Below, one piece after another: positions 49,311 to 59,925 of a stretch of 64,000 nucleotides of DNA (its first letter is position 1; each line of letters begins with the position of its first letter). Source of the DNA: Ruminococcus sp. CAG:254. GTDB lineage: Bacteria > Bacillota > Clostridia > Oscillospirales > Ruminococcaceae. The notes beneath the pieces were generated by a model, which was given only the letters and a program-made list of their open reading frames with translations, was not told the DNA's origin and did no database searches. Both the position numbers and the translations under genes were made by a program. The stretch is from NCBI GenBank assembly GCA_000433635.1, contig HF997977.1, forward strand, positions 129,882-193,881, written 5' to 3'.

Positions 49311-49805
49311 ATGCGAATTTTAGGGGTAGACCCGGGTTATGCCATTGTTGGATTTGGCGTATTGGAATATACCGGAACGACTTTTACACCGATTACATAC
49401 GGTGCAATTACCACCGCCGCAGAAACGCCGTTTTTACGGCGGCTGGAGAGCATTTATCGGGATTTTCGGACGCTGATTCAGCAATACCATCCGGATTGTG
49501 TGGCGATGGAACGACTTTATTTCACATCCAACCAAAAGACGGTAATTGATGTGGCACAAGCAAGAGGCGTTTTAATGCTGACGGCACAGCTGGAACAAAT
49601 TCCCGTTTCGGAGTATACGCCCTTGCAAGTAAAGCAGGCGGTTGTCGGATATGGCAGAGCCGAGAAGAAGCAAGTCATGGAATTGACACGCCGGATTTTA
49701 AAGCTGCAAAAAATCCCGAAGCCGGACGATGCTGCCGATGCACTGGCAATTGCCATTTGCCACGGACATTGTGCAACGGGCTTGCAGGGAAGAATGGAAT
49801 CATAG
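49311..49805 (+). CDS. ruvC: Holliday junction resolvase
   Basis: MRILGVDPGYAIVGFGVL RNase-H-fold N-terminus. Confidence 0.9.
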   Translation: MRILGVDPGYAIVGFGVLEYTGTTFTPITYGAITTAAETPFLRRLESIYRDFRTLIQQYHPDCVAMERLYFTSNQKTVIDVAQARGVLMLTAQLEQIPVSEYTPLQVKQAVVGYGRAEKKQVMELTRRILKLQKIPKPDDAADALAIAICHGHCATGLQGRMES

Positions 49806-49824
49806 GAACATAGGGAGCAGAAAC

Positions 49825-50439
49825 ATGATTGACAGTTTACATGGAACTTTAATCGCCAAGGAAATGAATATGGCAGTGGTCGAATGCGGTGGCGTTGGCT
49901 ATGCCTGCCGGATTTCGTATCAGACTTATAGCAAGCTGTGTGCCGTTGGCGAAGAGGTATTTTTGTATACGATTCTCTCCGTTTCCATGCGGGAAGGGAA
50001 TCTGGAATTATATGGCTTTCTCAGTGCACAGGAACGCCGCTGTTTCTCCATGCTGACAGGGGTCGGCAGTGTCGGTGGCAAAGCAGCCCTTGCGATTTTG
50101 TCCGAATTGACACCGGAACGCCTGGCATTGGTGGTTGCCTCTGGCGACAGCAAGACTTTGACCAAAGTCAAAGGCATTGGAACAAAAATGGCACAGCGGA
50201 TTGTACTGGAATTGAAAGACAAAATTGCGAAGGAGCAGGGCGGTGTCCTGTCCGCAGCAAATCTCTCCGCTGAAGTTGCTCCGCCGGCAGAAAGCGAAGT
50301 GGCAGAAGCATTGTCGGCACTGACCGTTCTGGGCTATACACAGCTGGAAGTGATGCCGATTCTGGCAAAGCTGCCTGCGGAGTTGTCCGCAACAGAACTG
50401 ATTAAAGAAACGCTGAAAGCCATTGGAAAACGGTGTTAA
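49825..50439 (+). CDS. ruvA: Holliday junction DNA helicase subunit A
   Basis: MIDSLHGTLIAK..., OB-fold plus HhH motifs. Confidence 0.9.
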   Translation: MIDSLHGTLIAKEMNMAVVECGGVGYACRISYQTYSKLCAVGEEVFLYTILSVSMREGNLELYGFLSAQERRCFSMLTGVGSVGGKAALAILSELTPERLALVVASGDSKTLTKVKGIGTKMAQRIVLELKDKIAKEQGGVLSAANLSAEVAPPAESEVAEALSALTVLGYTQLEVMPILAKLPAELSATELIKETLKAIGKRC

Positions 50440-50460
50440 ACAGAAAAAGGAGGACGCATT

Positions 50461-51552
50461 GTGATTGAAACAAGCGATATGCAGTTTGATTCCCGGATGG
50501 TTACGGCGGAAGAAACGCCGGAAGACCATGATGTGGAAGTCACACTGCGACCGCAAACACTGGCGGAATATATCGGTCAGGATAAAGTCAAGGAAAACAT
50601 GGCGATTTATATTCAGGCAGCCAAGCGGCGAGGCGACCCTTTGGATCACGTCTTGCTGTATGGGCCGCCGGGGCTTGGAAAGACAACACTTTCCGCCATC
50701 ATTGCCCATGAAATGGGTGTCAACCTGCGGGTAACAACGGGTCCAGCCATTGAAAAGCCGGGCGATTTGGCAGCGTTGCTGACCAACTTACAGCCGAACG
50801 ATGTGCTATTCATTGATGAAATCCATCGGCTTTCCCGTGCGGTAGAAGAAATTCTCTATCCGGCATTGGAAGACCATGCCATTGATATTATCATGGGAAA
50901 AGGACCTTCCGCCCGTTCCCTGCGGATTGATTTGAACCCATTCACATTGATTGGTGCAACAACACGTGCCGGGCAGCTTTCCAGTCCGCTGCGAGATCGA
51001 TTTGGTGTGATTCAGCGGTTGGAGCTTTACACCACGGAACAGCTGACGGATATTGTCCGGCGAAGCAGCATGATTCTGGAAATTCCCTGTACCTTTGAGG
51101 GAGCAGCAGAAATTGCCAGCCGAGCAAGAGGAACACCTCGAATTGCAAACCGTCTGCTGAAGCGAGTACGAGATTTTGCCGATGTTATGGGCAACGGAGA
51201 AATCACGCTGGACATTGCCAAAATTGCACTGGGACGGCTGGAGATTGACGAACTGGGCTTAGACAGCAATGACCGCCGAATGCTCACAATGATGATTAAA
51301 GGCTATGGCGGTGGGCCTGTTGGGCTGGAAACGCTGGCATCTGCACTGGGCGAAGAAGCGGTTACATTGGAAGATGTCTGCGAGCCGTATCTGATGCAGC
51401 TGGGCTTTTTGTCGAGAACGCCACGGGGACGCTGTGCGACAGCACTAGCATATGAACACATGGGCTTTCCGCTTCCAGAGCAGCGAAAAGCACCGATACA
51501 GGGACAAATGACCCTATCCGAAGCGGAAGCAGATGCCGCAGAACAGAAATAA
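50461..51552 (+). CDS. ruvB: Holliday junction DNA helicase subunit B
   Basis: Walker [10 protein letters not shown] and RuvB signature regions. GTG start with a GGAGG RBS. Confidence 0.9.
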   Translation: MIETSDMQFDSRMVTAEETPEDHDVEVTLRPQTLAEYIGQDKVKENMAIYIQAAKRRGDPLDHVLLYGPPGLGKTTLSAIIAHEMGVNLRVTTGPAIEKPGDLAALLTNLQPNDVLFIDEIHRLSRAVEEILYPALEDHAIDIIMGKGPSARSLRIDLNPFTLIGATTRAGQLSSPLRDRFGVIQRLELYTTEQLTDIVRRSSMILEIPCTFEGAAEIASRARGTPRIANRLLKRVRDFADVMGNGEITLDIAKIALGRLEIDELGLDSNDRRMLTMMIKGYGGGPVGLETLASALGEEAVTLEDVCEPYLMQLGFLSRTPRGRCATALAYEHMGFPLPEQRKAPIQGQMTLSEAEADAAEQK

Positions 51553-51643
51553 ATGTTTCTGAAATGATTTTATAGTTTTACATTACAACGGACAGCCGCT
51601 GACCCTTGGCGGCTGTTTCATCAGACAAAGGAGTCGAATAAAA

Positions 51644-52996
51644 ATGGGCAGATTATTTGGAACAGATGGAGCAAGAGGCGTTGCCATTACAGAATTAACT
51701 TGTGAACTTGCCATGCAAATTGGTCGGGCAGCCGCATTGGTTTTGACGAAAGAAGCCAAGCACAAGGCGAAAATTGTCATCGGGAAGGACACCCGAATTT
51801 CTTCTGATATTCTGGAAGCCGCTCTGTGTGCAGGAATTTGTTCTGTTGGGGCAGATGCTGTGCAGCTGGGTGTGATTCCAACGCCGGGCGTTGCCTATCT
51901 GGTGCGTTCGATGGGAGCAGATGCCGGTGTGATGATTTCTGCATCTCACAACAGCGTCGAATTTAACGGCATCAAGCTGTTTGCATCCACTGGTTATAAG
52001 CTGCCGGATGCAGTGGAAGAAGAAATTGAAGCATTGATTCTGGACACACCGGAAAAAGTAACGCTGCAATCGCACACCAATGTGGGCAGAATCGAACGCT
52101 ATGAACACGCCAAGGAAGATTACATTCAGCATATTTTAGAGAGTGTCCCGACTCGATTTGACGGGATGAAGATTGCACTGGACTGTGCAAACGGCAGTGC
52201 CTCTGCAACCGCAGAAACGCTCTTCACTGCATTGGGTGCAGAAGTTTGCATGCTGAGTGCAGAGCCAGACGGCACAAATATCAATGACCACTGTGGTTCT
52301 ACCCACATGGAACAGCTGATGGCATATGTGCCAGCACATGGCTGTCAATTGGGTCTGGCATTTGATGGAGATGCAGACCGTTGTCTGGCAGTGGACGAAA
52401 CCGGAAAGGTTGTAGACGGTGACCAGATGATTGCAATTTGTGCCAAGGCACTGAAAGCAAGCGGTAAGCTGGAAAAAGATACAGCCGTTGTAACCGTTAT
52501 GACGAACTTAGGCTTTTTCCACTTTACCAAGCGGGAAGGCATTCATGCCGTTGCAACAAAAGTTGGTGACCGGTATGTGCTGGAAGAGATGAAAAAGGGC
52601 GGCTATTGTATCGGTGGCGAACAGAGCGGTCATATCATCTTTTTGGAACACGCAACCACAGGGGACGGCGAACTCTCCGGTGCGAAACTGGTCGAAATCG
52701 TCAAGCAGTCCGGAAAAAAACTGAGCGAACTGGCAGGAGAAATGGAAACATTTCCGCAGCAGATGCAGAATGTGCGGATTACAGCTGACCAGAGAAACCG
52801 TTGGAAAGAAGACGAGGCAGTTTGCAGCGTGATGAAACAGTATGAAGAACGGCTGGGCGAAGACGGCAGAATTCTGGTACGGGAAAGCGGAACAGAACCG
52901 CTGATTCGGGTCATGGTAGAAGCAAAGGATGCCGATTTGATGCAGGAAGCTGTTTCTGCGATTGCAGAAGAACTGGAACGCTACACGAAACGATAA
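51644..52996 (+). CDS. glmM: phosphoglucosamine mutase
   Basis: Start MGRLFGTDGARGVA, active-site SASHNS, 450 aa. Confidence 0.92.
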   Translation: MGRLFGTDGARGVAITELTCELAMQIGRAAALVLTKEAKHKAKIVIGKDTRISSDILEAALCAGICSVGADAVQLGVIPTPGVAYLVRSMGADAGVMISASHNSVEFNGIKLFASTGYKLPDAVEEEIEALILDTPEKVTLQSHTNVGRIERYEHAKEDYIQHILESVPTRFDGMKIALDCANGSASATAETLFTALGAEVCMLSAEPDGTNINDHCGSTHMEQLMAYVPAHGCQLGLAFDGDADRCLAVDETGKVVDGDQMIAICAKALKASGKLEKDTAVVTVMTNLGFFHFTKREGIHAVATKVGDRYVLEEMKKGGYCIGGEQSGHIIFLEHATTGDGELSGAKLVEIVKQSGKKLSELAGEMETFPQQMQNVRITADQRNRWKEDEAVCSVMKQYEERLGEDGRILVRESGTEPLIRVMVEAKDADLMQEAVSAIAEELERYTKR

Positions 52997-53011
52997 AGGA
53001 GCCGTACAACT

Positions 53012-53884
53012 GTGAGAATTGCAAATCAATGGAACGATTACCGGATTTTAGATACTTCCGGACAAGAAAAGCTGGAGCAGTGGGGCAATGTGACATTGAT
53101 TCGTCCAGACCCCCAGATTATCTGGAAAACCCCGAAAGAACATGGAATGTGGAATCATGCAGACGGGCATTATCACCGCTCGAATGCTGGTGGCGGCAGC
53201 TGGGATTTTTTCCGGAAGCTGCCGGAATCGTGGAACATTCAATATACACCGCTGGATTTGAAATTTCGGATTCAGCCGACCAGCTTTAAACATACCGGAT
53301 TATTTCCGGAGCAGGCTGTCAACTGGGATTTTGTTTCCAACCTGATTCAGAATGCGGGCAGACCCATTTCTGTCTTGAATCTGTTTGCCTATACAGGTGG
53401 TGCAACGCTGGCTTGTGCGAGAGCCGGAGCGAGTGTTTGCCATGTAGATGCATCCAAGGGAATGACGCAGTGGGCAAGAGAAAATGCAGCACTTTCAGGA
53501 CTGTCTGACCGCCCGATTCGCTGGATTGTTGATGACTGCGAAAAGTTTGTTGCCCGAGAAATTCGCCGGAATCGGCGGTATGATGCCATTATCATGGATC
53601 CGCCCAGCTACGGCAGAGGGCCGGGCGGTGAAATCTGGAAGCTCGAAGATTGTATTTATGATTTGGTACAGCTTTGTGCCGGCGTTTTGACGGAACAGCC
53701 GCTGTTCTTCCTGATTAACAGCTATACAACAGGTTTGTCGCCGTCCGTAATGGGCTATATTTTGGGCAGCGTTGTACGCAAGCGGTTTGGCGGAACAGTG
53801 ACTTTCGATGAAATCGGCTTGCCAGTCGCACAAAGTGGGCTGGCGTTGCCGTGTGGGTCAACCGCCATCTGGCAGGCTGAATAA
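53012..53884 (+). CDS. class I SAM-dependent methyltransferase (RlmI/COG1092-like)
   Basis: SAM-binding LNLFAYTGGATLA and catalytic-region IMDPPSYGRG motifs. Confidence 0.6.
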   Translation: MRIANQWNDYRILDTSGQEKLEQWGNVTLIRPDPQIIWKTPKEHGMWNHADGHYHRSNAGGGSWDFFRKLPESWNIQYTPLDLKFRIQPTSFKHTGLFPEQAVNWDFVSNLIQNAGRPISVLNLFAYTGGATLACARAGASVCHVDASKGMTQWARENAALSGLSDRPIRWIVDDCEKFVAREIRRNRRYDAIIMDPPSYGRGPGGEIWKLEDCIYDLVQLCAGVLTEQPLFFLINSYTTGLSPSVMGYILGSVVRKRFGGTVTFDEIGLPVAQSGLALPCGSTAIWQAE

Positions 53885-53926
53885 TCTAATCCGCAAATAA
53901 GAAATTCGGAAAAGAAAGGAACGGGA

Positions 53927-54805
53927 ATGGAAACACAAGCACAGGCGAAACAACTTTGGTTTCACTATACCGATGAAAACGGAGAGCGTACCTCTCCAGA
54001 CATTTTAAAAGACATTTCTCTTTCGATTGACAAAGGTGATTTTGTTGCCTTGCTGGGGCATAACGGCTCTGGCAAGTCAACATTTGCAAAACACATGAAC
54101 GCCATCCTGCTGCCGTCAGCAGGTACGATGACCGTGGACGGCATCGATACAAAAGACGAGTCGCAGCGTTTCACCCTGCGGAGTCATGTAGGAATGGTGT
54201 TCCAAAATCCAGATAATCAGATTGTAGCGACTATCGTCGAAGAAGATGTGGCATTTGGCCCTGAAAATTTAGGCATTCCGCCACAGGAGATTCGGGAACG
54301 GGTTGACGATGCCCTGAAAGCCGTGGAGATGTATGACTATCGGGAACATGCTCCCAGTCAGCTTTCCGGTGGACAGAAGCAGCGAGTTGCCATTGCTGGC
54401 ATTATCGCCATGCGACCGGATTGTATTGTCTTGGATGAACCCACTGCCATGCTTGACCCCAGCGGCAGACGAGAAGTCATGAATACGATTCATATGCTGA
54501 ATCGGGAATACGGAATTACCATTGTGCTGATTACCCACTATATGGAAGAGGCAGCACAGGCAAATCGGGTTGTTGTCATGGATGATGGAAAAGTGGTACT
54601 GGATAACACGCCGAAAGAAGTCTTTTCTCACGTGGAAACGCTGAAAAAGATAGGCTTAGACGTTCCGCAGGTGACAGAACTTGCATATCGCTTGCAGCAA
54701 GCAGGCTGTCCGGTAGATGTGCACATGATTTCAGAGGAAGAATGCGTTGCATCATTGACAAAACTACTGAACGGAAAAACGGGAGGTGCAGCATGGCAAT
54801 CTTAA
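53927..54805 (+). CDS. ecfA1: ECF transporter ATPase subunit
   Basis: Walker [10 protein letters not shown] and signature [12 protein letters not shown]. Confidence 0.85.
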   Translation: METQAQAKQLWFHYTDENGERTSPDILKDISLSIDKGDFVALLGHNGSGKSTFAKHMNAILLPSAGTMTVDGIDTKDESQRFTLRSHVGMVFQNPDNQIVATIVEEDVAFGPENLGIPPQEIRERVDDALKAVEMYDYREHAPSQLSGGQKQRVAIAGIIAMRPDCIVLDEPTAMLDPSGRREVMNTIHMLNREYGITIVLITHYMEEAAQANRVVVMDDGKVVLDNTPKEVFSHVETLKKIGLDVPQVTELAYRLQQAGCPVDVHMISEEECVASLTKLLNGKTGGAAWQS

Positions 54806-55665
54806 AAACCGAAGATTTGACCTATCAATACAGCATTGGCACACCGTTTGAAAAAACTGCTGTGGATCATGTCAATCTGGAGATTGAAGAGGGAGCATTT
54901 GTCGGCATTATCGGGCATACTGGCTCTGGAAAATCGACCTTGATTCAGCATTTTAACGGGCTGATTCGTCCGACTTCCGGAAAAATTTATCTGGATGGAA
55001 CAGACATCTGGGCAGACAAGACAAATATCCGGCAGGTTCGCTTTCAAGTGGGTTTGGTATTCCAATATCCGGAATATCAGATTTTTGAAGATACCGTTTA
55101 TAAAGATATTGCGTTTGGCCCTCGCAACATGGGATTGTCTGAAGCGGAAATCAAGGAACGAGTGGAAGAAACGGCTGCTCTGGTTGGTCTGACACAAGCA
55201 CAGCTGAACCAATCGCCGTTTGACTTGTCCGGCGGACAGAAGCGGCGAGTTGCGATTGCTGGTGTTATGGCATTGCGACCGAAAGTTTTGATTTTGGACG
55301 AGCCAACGGCTGGACTAGACCCGAAAGGCAGAGAAGATATTCTCCGAGAGATTCGCCGCTATCACAAAGAAACCGGAAGAACGGTTCTGCTGGTTTCTCA
55401 CAGCATGGAAGATATGGCAAACTGTGCAGAAAAAATTCTGGTGATGAATGCTGGAAAGGTATTCTGCTATGATACGGTTGAGAACGTGTTCCGGCAGGCA
55501 AAAGCCTTGCAGGAAATCGGGCTGGCAGTGCCACAGATTACCCGAGTTTGTATGCAGCTGCGAGAGCAGGGCATTCCGTTGAGCGATGATATTTATACGG
55601 TAGAAGCTGCCTATCAGCAGATTTTACAGCTTTACCGGCAGCAGAAGGAGGGGACAGGATGCTAA
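54793..55665 (+). CDS. ecfA2: ECF transporter ATPase subunit
   Basis: Walker [10 protein letters not shown] and signature [15 protein letters not shown] at 54793 with a GGGAGG RBS, overlapping ecfA1 by 13 nt. Confidence 0.85.
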   Translation: MAILKTEDLTYQYSIGTPFEKTAVDHVNLEIEEGAFVGIIGHTGSGKSTLIQHFNGLIRPTSGKIYLDGTDIWADKTNIRQVRFQVGLVFQYPEYQIFEDTVYKDIAFGPRNMGLSEAEIKERVEETAALVGLTQAQLNQSPFDLSGGQKRRVAIAGVMALRPKVLILDEPTAGLDPKGREDILREIRRYHKETGRTVLLVSHSMEDMANCAEKILVMNAGKVFCYDTVENVFRQAKALQEIGLAVPQITRVCMQLREQGIPLSDDIYTVEAAYQQILQLYRQQKEGTGC

Positions 55666-56465
55666 AAGATATTACCATTGGACAGTATTATCCGGGGAAC
55701 AGTTTTGTTCATCGGCTAGACCCTCGATTTAAAATCATTATCACTTTGCTGTATATCACAATGCTGTTTATGGGCAGTCATCTCTATTCGATGGTGTTTG
55801 GAATTGTCTTTTTCTTTCTGACATTCTTCTGTTCGGGCATTGCTGCAAAGGTGCTGCTCAAGAGCATGAAACCCATTCTGCCGATTTTGCTGATTACAGC
55901 GATTCTGGACTTGCTGTTCATTCGAGATGGAACGGTCTATTGGTCGCTGGGCTTCCTGCAAATCACACAAGAGGGCGTGAAAACAGGTGTTCAAATGATC
56001 ATCCGGATTAGTTTTTTGATTGTGGGAACGTCTATGCTGACCTATACCACCTCGCCAATTGCCTTGACGGATGCGATTGAACGGCTGCTTTCACCGCTGA
56101 AAAAGCTGAAATTCCCAGTACATGCATTTTCCATGATGATGACGATTGCTCTGCGGTTTATTCCAACTTTGATTGAAGAAACCGATAAAATCATAGCTGC
56201 CCAGAAAGCAAGAGGGGCAGATATGGAGAGCGGTAACTTGATTCAGCGAGCAAAGGCATTGATTCCGATTTTAGTTCCGCTGTTTGTTTCGGCATTTCGC
56301 CGTGCGGAAGAACTGGCGACTGCGATGGAATGCCGTTGCTATCGGGGTGATATTGGCAGAACAAAGATGAAACAATTGCATTTGTCCGGAAAAGACTGGC
56401 TGGCAATGAGCATTACACTGGTATTCTTTGCCGGTTCGATTGCAATGAAAATCATTCTGGGATAA
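55659..56465 (+). CDS. ecfT: ECF transporter transmembrane (T) component
   Basis: CbiQ/EcfT-like N-terminus [25 protein letters not shown]. Overlaps ecfA2 by 7 nt. Confidence 0.85.
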   Translation: MLKDITIGQYYPGNSFVHRLDPRFKIIITLLYITMLFMGSHLYSMVFGIVFFFLTFFCSGIAAKVLLKSMKPILPILLITAILDLLFIRDGTVYWSLGFLQITQEGVKTGVQMIIRISFLIVGTSMLTYTTSPIALTDAIERLLSPLKKLKFPVHAFSMMMTIALRFIPTLIEETDKIIAAQKARGADMESGNLIQRAKALIPILVPLFVSAFRRAEELATAMECRCYRGDIGRTKMKQLHLSGKDWLAMSITLVFFAGSIAMKIILG

Positions 56466-56488
56466 AGATAAAAAGGAGTTCCTGATTT

Positions 56489-59125
56489 ATGCGGTCTGGT
56501 TTGTTGGCTTCCAACCGGAACAATCCGAAACGCTATTTGCTGCTGTCCATGCTGCTGCCTATGCTGTTGGTAGCAGTCGGATGGATTGTGTTAGAGGTGC
56601 ATCCATTCGGAACACGGCAGATTTTAGTAACGGATTTCTGGCATCAGTATTATCCGTTTCTCTGCATCTTACAGGAGAAACTGAAACACGGGGAATCCCT
56701 GCTGTATACCTGGCAGTCGGGAATGGGGTCGAATTTTGCAGCGATGATGGCATATTATACCGCAAGTCCGCTGAATCTGCTGACGCTGCTTGTGCCAGCA
56801 TCTATGCTGCGAGATACAGTAACGGGGCTGGTACTGCTGAAAATCGGGGCAGCAGGCGGCTTTTTTGCAGCGTTTTTAAAGGGAACATACGGCAGAAATG
56901 ACAGTTCACTTTGTCTGTTTGGCACGATGTATGCCCTCTGTGATTTCATGATGGGGTATTCTTGGAACATCATTTGGCTAGATACCGTGGCACTGCTGCC
57001 ACTAGTGATGCTAGGCGTTGTGCGACTAGTGCGGACGGGTTCTTATCATCTGTATACAGTTTCACTAGCATTGGCGATGTTGGCGAATTTCTATATTGGC
57101 TTTTTCATCTGTATTTTTACTGTGATTGCCTATTTCTGCATTTGTATCTTTACGGGAATGGGATTTAAGCGGTTTTTGACTCGCAGCGGAAAAATGCTGG
57201 CAGCAACTATTCTTGGCTTGGCAATCAGCAGTATTTTGCTGCTGCCAACGTATTACGCCTTACAGAACACTTACAGCATCCACAATACATTTCCGCAGCA
57301 TTCCACATTCTATGAAACATGGAGCGACCTGCTTTCGCAGCTGCTCGCCTATCAGATTCCAACGGTCAAAGAGGGCAAGCCAAACCTGTATTGTGGGGTG
57401 CTCTGTGTGGTATTGGTGGGGATGTTTCTCCGGGCAAGGTCAATTCGGATTCGGGAGAAAGTCGGGGCAATTCTGGTTCTGGCGTTTTTGCTGGTAAGTT
57501 GCAACTGGAACATCTTGAATTATCTCTGGCACGGCTGTCATTTCCCGAATATGTTGCCCTATCGGTTTTCCTTCTTGTTTTCGTTTGCCCTGTTGACACT
57601 GGCATATCGTGCTTATTTGCTGCTGTTGGAGCGGCGAATGAAGTGGCTGGATTTGATTGCAATGGTGCTTTGCAGTGGTGTATTCCTGTTCCTTGTCTAT
57701 ACGACCGACCGGAAACAAGTCGTTCTGTATACAGGGATGACAATGCTGGCATATCTGTTGTGGATGTTGCTGCACAAGTTGGGGCTGCTGCACCGGCGGG
57801 TTTTTGCCGCTGGCATGCTGGTTGTGATGCTGGTAGAAATGGGCTGTCATGTTCGGATTGCAACAGAGGCAGTTTCCACTTCAGATTATACCTCGTATCC
57901 GGAAAAATACGAATCGGTAGAAGCATTGCTTTCGCAGATTGAAGAGCAAGAACCAGAGAATGCATTTTATCGCATCGAGTTGACCAGCTGGTACACCTTA
58001 AATGACCCGGCACTGTATCAATATCGAGGCGTTTCGCAGTTTTCCTCTCTGGCAAACTGCAAGGTAAGTACCTTTTTGAAAAAGCTGGGAATGCCAGCTT
58101 CCGAGGCAGGAAATCGGTATTATTACGCTCATAGCACCCCTTATCTGGATATGCTGTTAGGGGTTCGCTACCTGATTCAGAAAACCGGATTTATGCCAGA
58201 AGCAGAAACGGTTGAAAAAGTTGCTGTCAGTGATACCGTTACAAGCTACCGCAATCGCTATGCGTTGCCGGTTGGATTTATGGTGAACGAAGAAACAGCA
58301 GATTTTTCCATAGACACTAGTGAAAACGCATTTGAAGTACAAAATGACTTATTTGCAAAGATGACGGGCATCAAAGAACCGTTGTATACAGCAGTCGATG
58401 TCAAAGATGTTGGGCACAACGGTGTCGAAGTCAGCCGGAATGGCTACGGATATTATACCTATTTCCCGATGAGCACGGCAGCTGAACCCTATTTGAAATA
58501 TAATTTCATGCCGGAGCAGGACACCTTGCTATATGCGTACTTGTCTGTAGACAAGGTGGAGGAAGTAGACATTTATCAGAATGAACGCTACACATTTTCC
58601 CAGAAACTTGCAAAACAGCCGTATATTTTCCCGTTGGGCAGCTATAAAGCCGGAGAAAAGGCAACTTTAAAATGGAATGTTGACCGCAAGAGCATCCAGA
58701 ACGGAGCGATTACATTATTTGTCTACGCTTTGAATCAGGATGTTTTAGAGCAGGGCTATCAGCAGCTTGCCACTGGTGGGTTACAGGTGACAGACTGGAG
58801 TGATACTCGTTTGACGGGAACGCTAAATGCTGACCACGATGGAATCTGTTATCTTTCGATTCCGGCGGAAGATGGCTGGCATGTCACCGTAGACGGCAAA
58901 CAAACAGAACCCATTTCAATTGGTGGAGCAATGCTCGGCGTTCCAGTTTCCAGCGGAACGCATACAATTGCACTGCGATATTGCCCGAAAGGAACGGTTG
59001 TCGGAACGATTTGCTGTGGCAGTGCCATTTTATTGTTGACATTCTGTTTTGTCATCGAACAAAAGCAAAAACGTGCTTGCAGAAGCAATTCTGTGGGCAG
59101 AAGGAGAAAAACATGCGAACCTTAA
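56489..59125 (+). CDS. yfhO: YfhO-family polytopic membrane glycosyltransferase-like protein
   Basis: 878 aa with about 13 N-terminal TM helices and a large extracytoplasmic C-terminal region, matching YfhO architecture. Confidence 0.7.
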   Translation: MRSGLLASNRNNPKRYLLLSMLLPMLLVAVGWIVLEVHPFGTRQILVTDFWHQYYPFLCILQEKLKHGESLLYTWQSGMGSNFAAMMAYYTASPLNLLTLLVPASMLRDTVTGLVLLKIGAAGGFFAAFLKGTYGRNDSSLCLFGTMYALCDFMMGYSWNIIWLDTVALLPLVMLGVVRLVRTGSYHLYTVSLALAMLANFYIGFFICIFTVIAYFCICIFTGMGFKRFLTRSGKMLAATILGLAISSILLLPTYYALQNTYSIHNTFPQHSTFYETWSDLLSQLLAYQIPTVKEGKPNLYCGVLCVVLVGMFLRARSIRIREKVGAILVLAFLLVSCNWNILNYLWHGCHFPNMLPYRFSFLFSFALLTLAYRAYLLLLERRMKWLDLIAMVLCSGVFLFLVYTTDRKQVVLYTGMTMLAYLLWMLLHKLGLLHRRVFAAGMLVVMLVEMGCHVRIATEAVSTSDYTSYPEKYESVEALLSQIEEQEPENAFYRIELTSWYTLNDPALYQYRGVSQFSSLANCKVSTFLKKLGMPASEAGNRYYYAHSTPYLDMLLGVRYLIQKTGFMPEAETVEKVAVSDTVTSYRNRYALPVGFMVNEETADFSIDTSENAFEVQNDLFAKMTGIKEPLYTAVDVKDVGHNGVEVSRNGYGYYTYFPMSTAAEPYLKYNFMPEQDTLLYAYLSVDKVEEVDIYQNERYTFSQKLAKQPYIFPLGSYKAGEKATLKWNVDRKSIQNGAITLFVYALNQDVLEQGYQQLATGGLQVTDWSDTRLTGTLNADHDGICYLSIPAEDGWHVTVDGKQTEPISIGGAMLGVPVSSGTHTIALRYCPKGTVVGTICCGSAILLLTFCFVIEQKQKRACRSNSVGRRRKTCEP

Positions 59126-59925
59126 AAGTAATGATGGCATATTGTGGGACACGCTATCATGGCTATCAGCGACAGAACAATGCAAACACTGTGCAGGCAG
59201 TGGTAGAAGCAGCGGTTTCTAAGCTGCTGAACACCCCGACGGTGATTGCCGGATGTTCCCGAACAGATACCGGCGTACATGCGGAGCAGTTCTGTTTCTC
59301 GCTCACCACAGAAAATCCCATTCCCTGCCGGAATTTTGTGCGGGGATTGAATGGATATTTGCCGGAGGATATTTCGATTTTATCTTGTGAAGAAGTAAAG
59401 GATACGTTTCATGCACGGTTTTGCTGTCAGGCGAAAACATATCGTTACTGGATTCACAATAGCGAGTCGAAAAATCCGTTTGCCGCTGACCGAGCGTTGC
59501 ATTATCGGCGTGCTTTGCGGATTGACCAGATGCAGGCGGCGGCAAACTTGCTGAAAGGAACGCATGACTTTGCCAGCTTTTGTTCAGGATGCACAGAAAA
59601 TAAAGATACTGTACGAACAATCTATCAATTTGATATAAAAATGCAGGGAACAGACTGTTTCATCCTTGTAAAAGGGAATGGTTTTTTGTATAATATGATT
59701 AGGATTCTGGTTGGAACGCTGCTCAGCGTCAGCGAAGGGGAGCTTTCCGTGTCAGAAATTCCAGAAATTTTAGCAGCACGCAACCGCATTTATGCCGGAA
59801 GAACGGTGCAGCCATATGGCTTGTATCTGCATGAAATCTTTTATGACGATGCAGCATATCGGTTGCCGCAGGGGGATGCGTTTTTTGGCAGTGCTGTCAG
59901 CGGAGGTGAACGAAATGGGAAGTAA
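59113..59925 (+). CDS. truA: tRNA pseudouridine(38-40) synthase
   Basis: YHGYQRQ and catalytic-Asp region RTDTGVHA. AGGAG RBS. Overlaps the yfhO 3' end. Confidence 0.9.
   Translation: MRTLKVMMAYCGTRYHGYQRQNNANTVQAVVEAAVSKLLNTPTVIAGCSRTDTGVHAEQFCFSLTTENPIPCRNFVRGLNGYLPEDISILSCEEVKDTFHARFCCQAKTYRYWIHNSESKNPFAADRALHYRRALRIDQMQAAANLLKGTHDFASFCSGCTENKDTVRTIYQFDIKMQGTDCFILVKGNGFLYNMIRILVGTLLSVSEGELSVSEIPEILAARNRIYAGRTVQPYGLYLHEIFYDDAAYRLPQGDAFFGSAVSGGERNGK

Noticed and set aside
50008-50709. 233-aa minus-strand ORF
   Set aside because: Antisense to ruvA/ruvB. Cys-rich nonsense translation.
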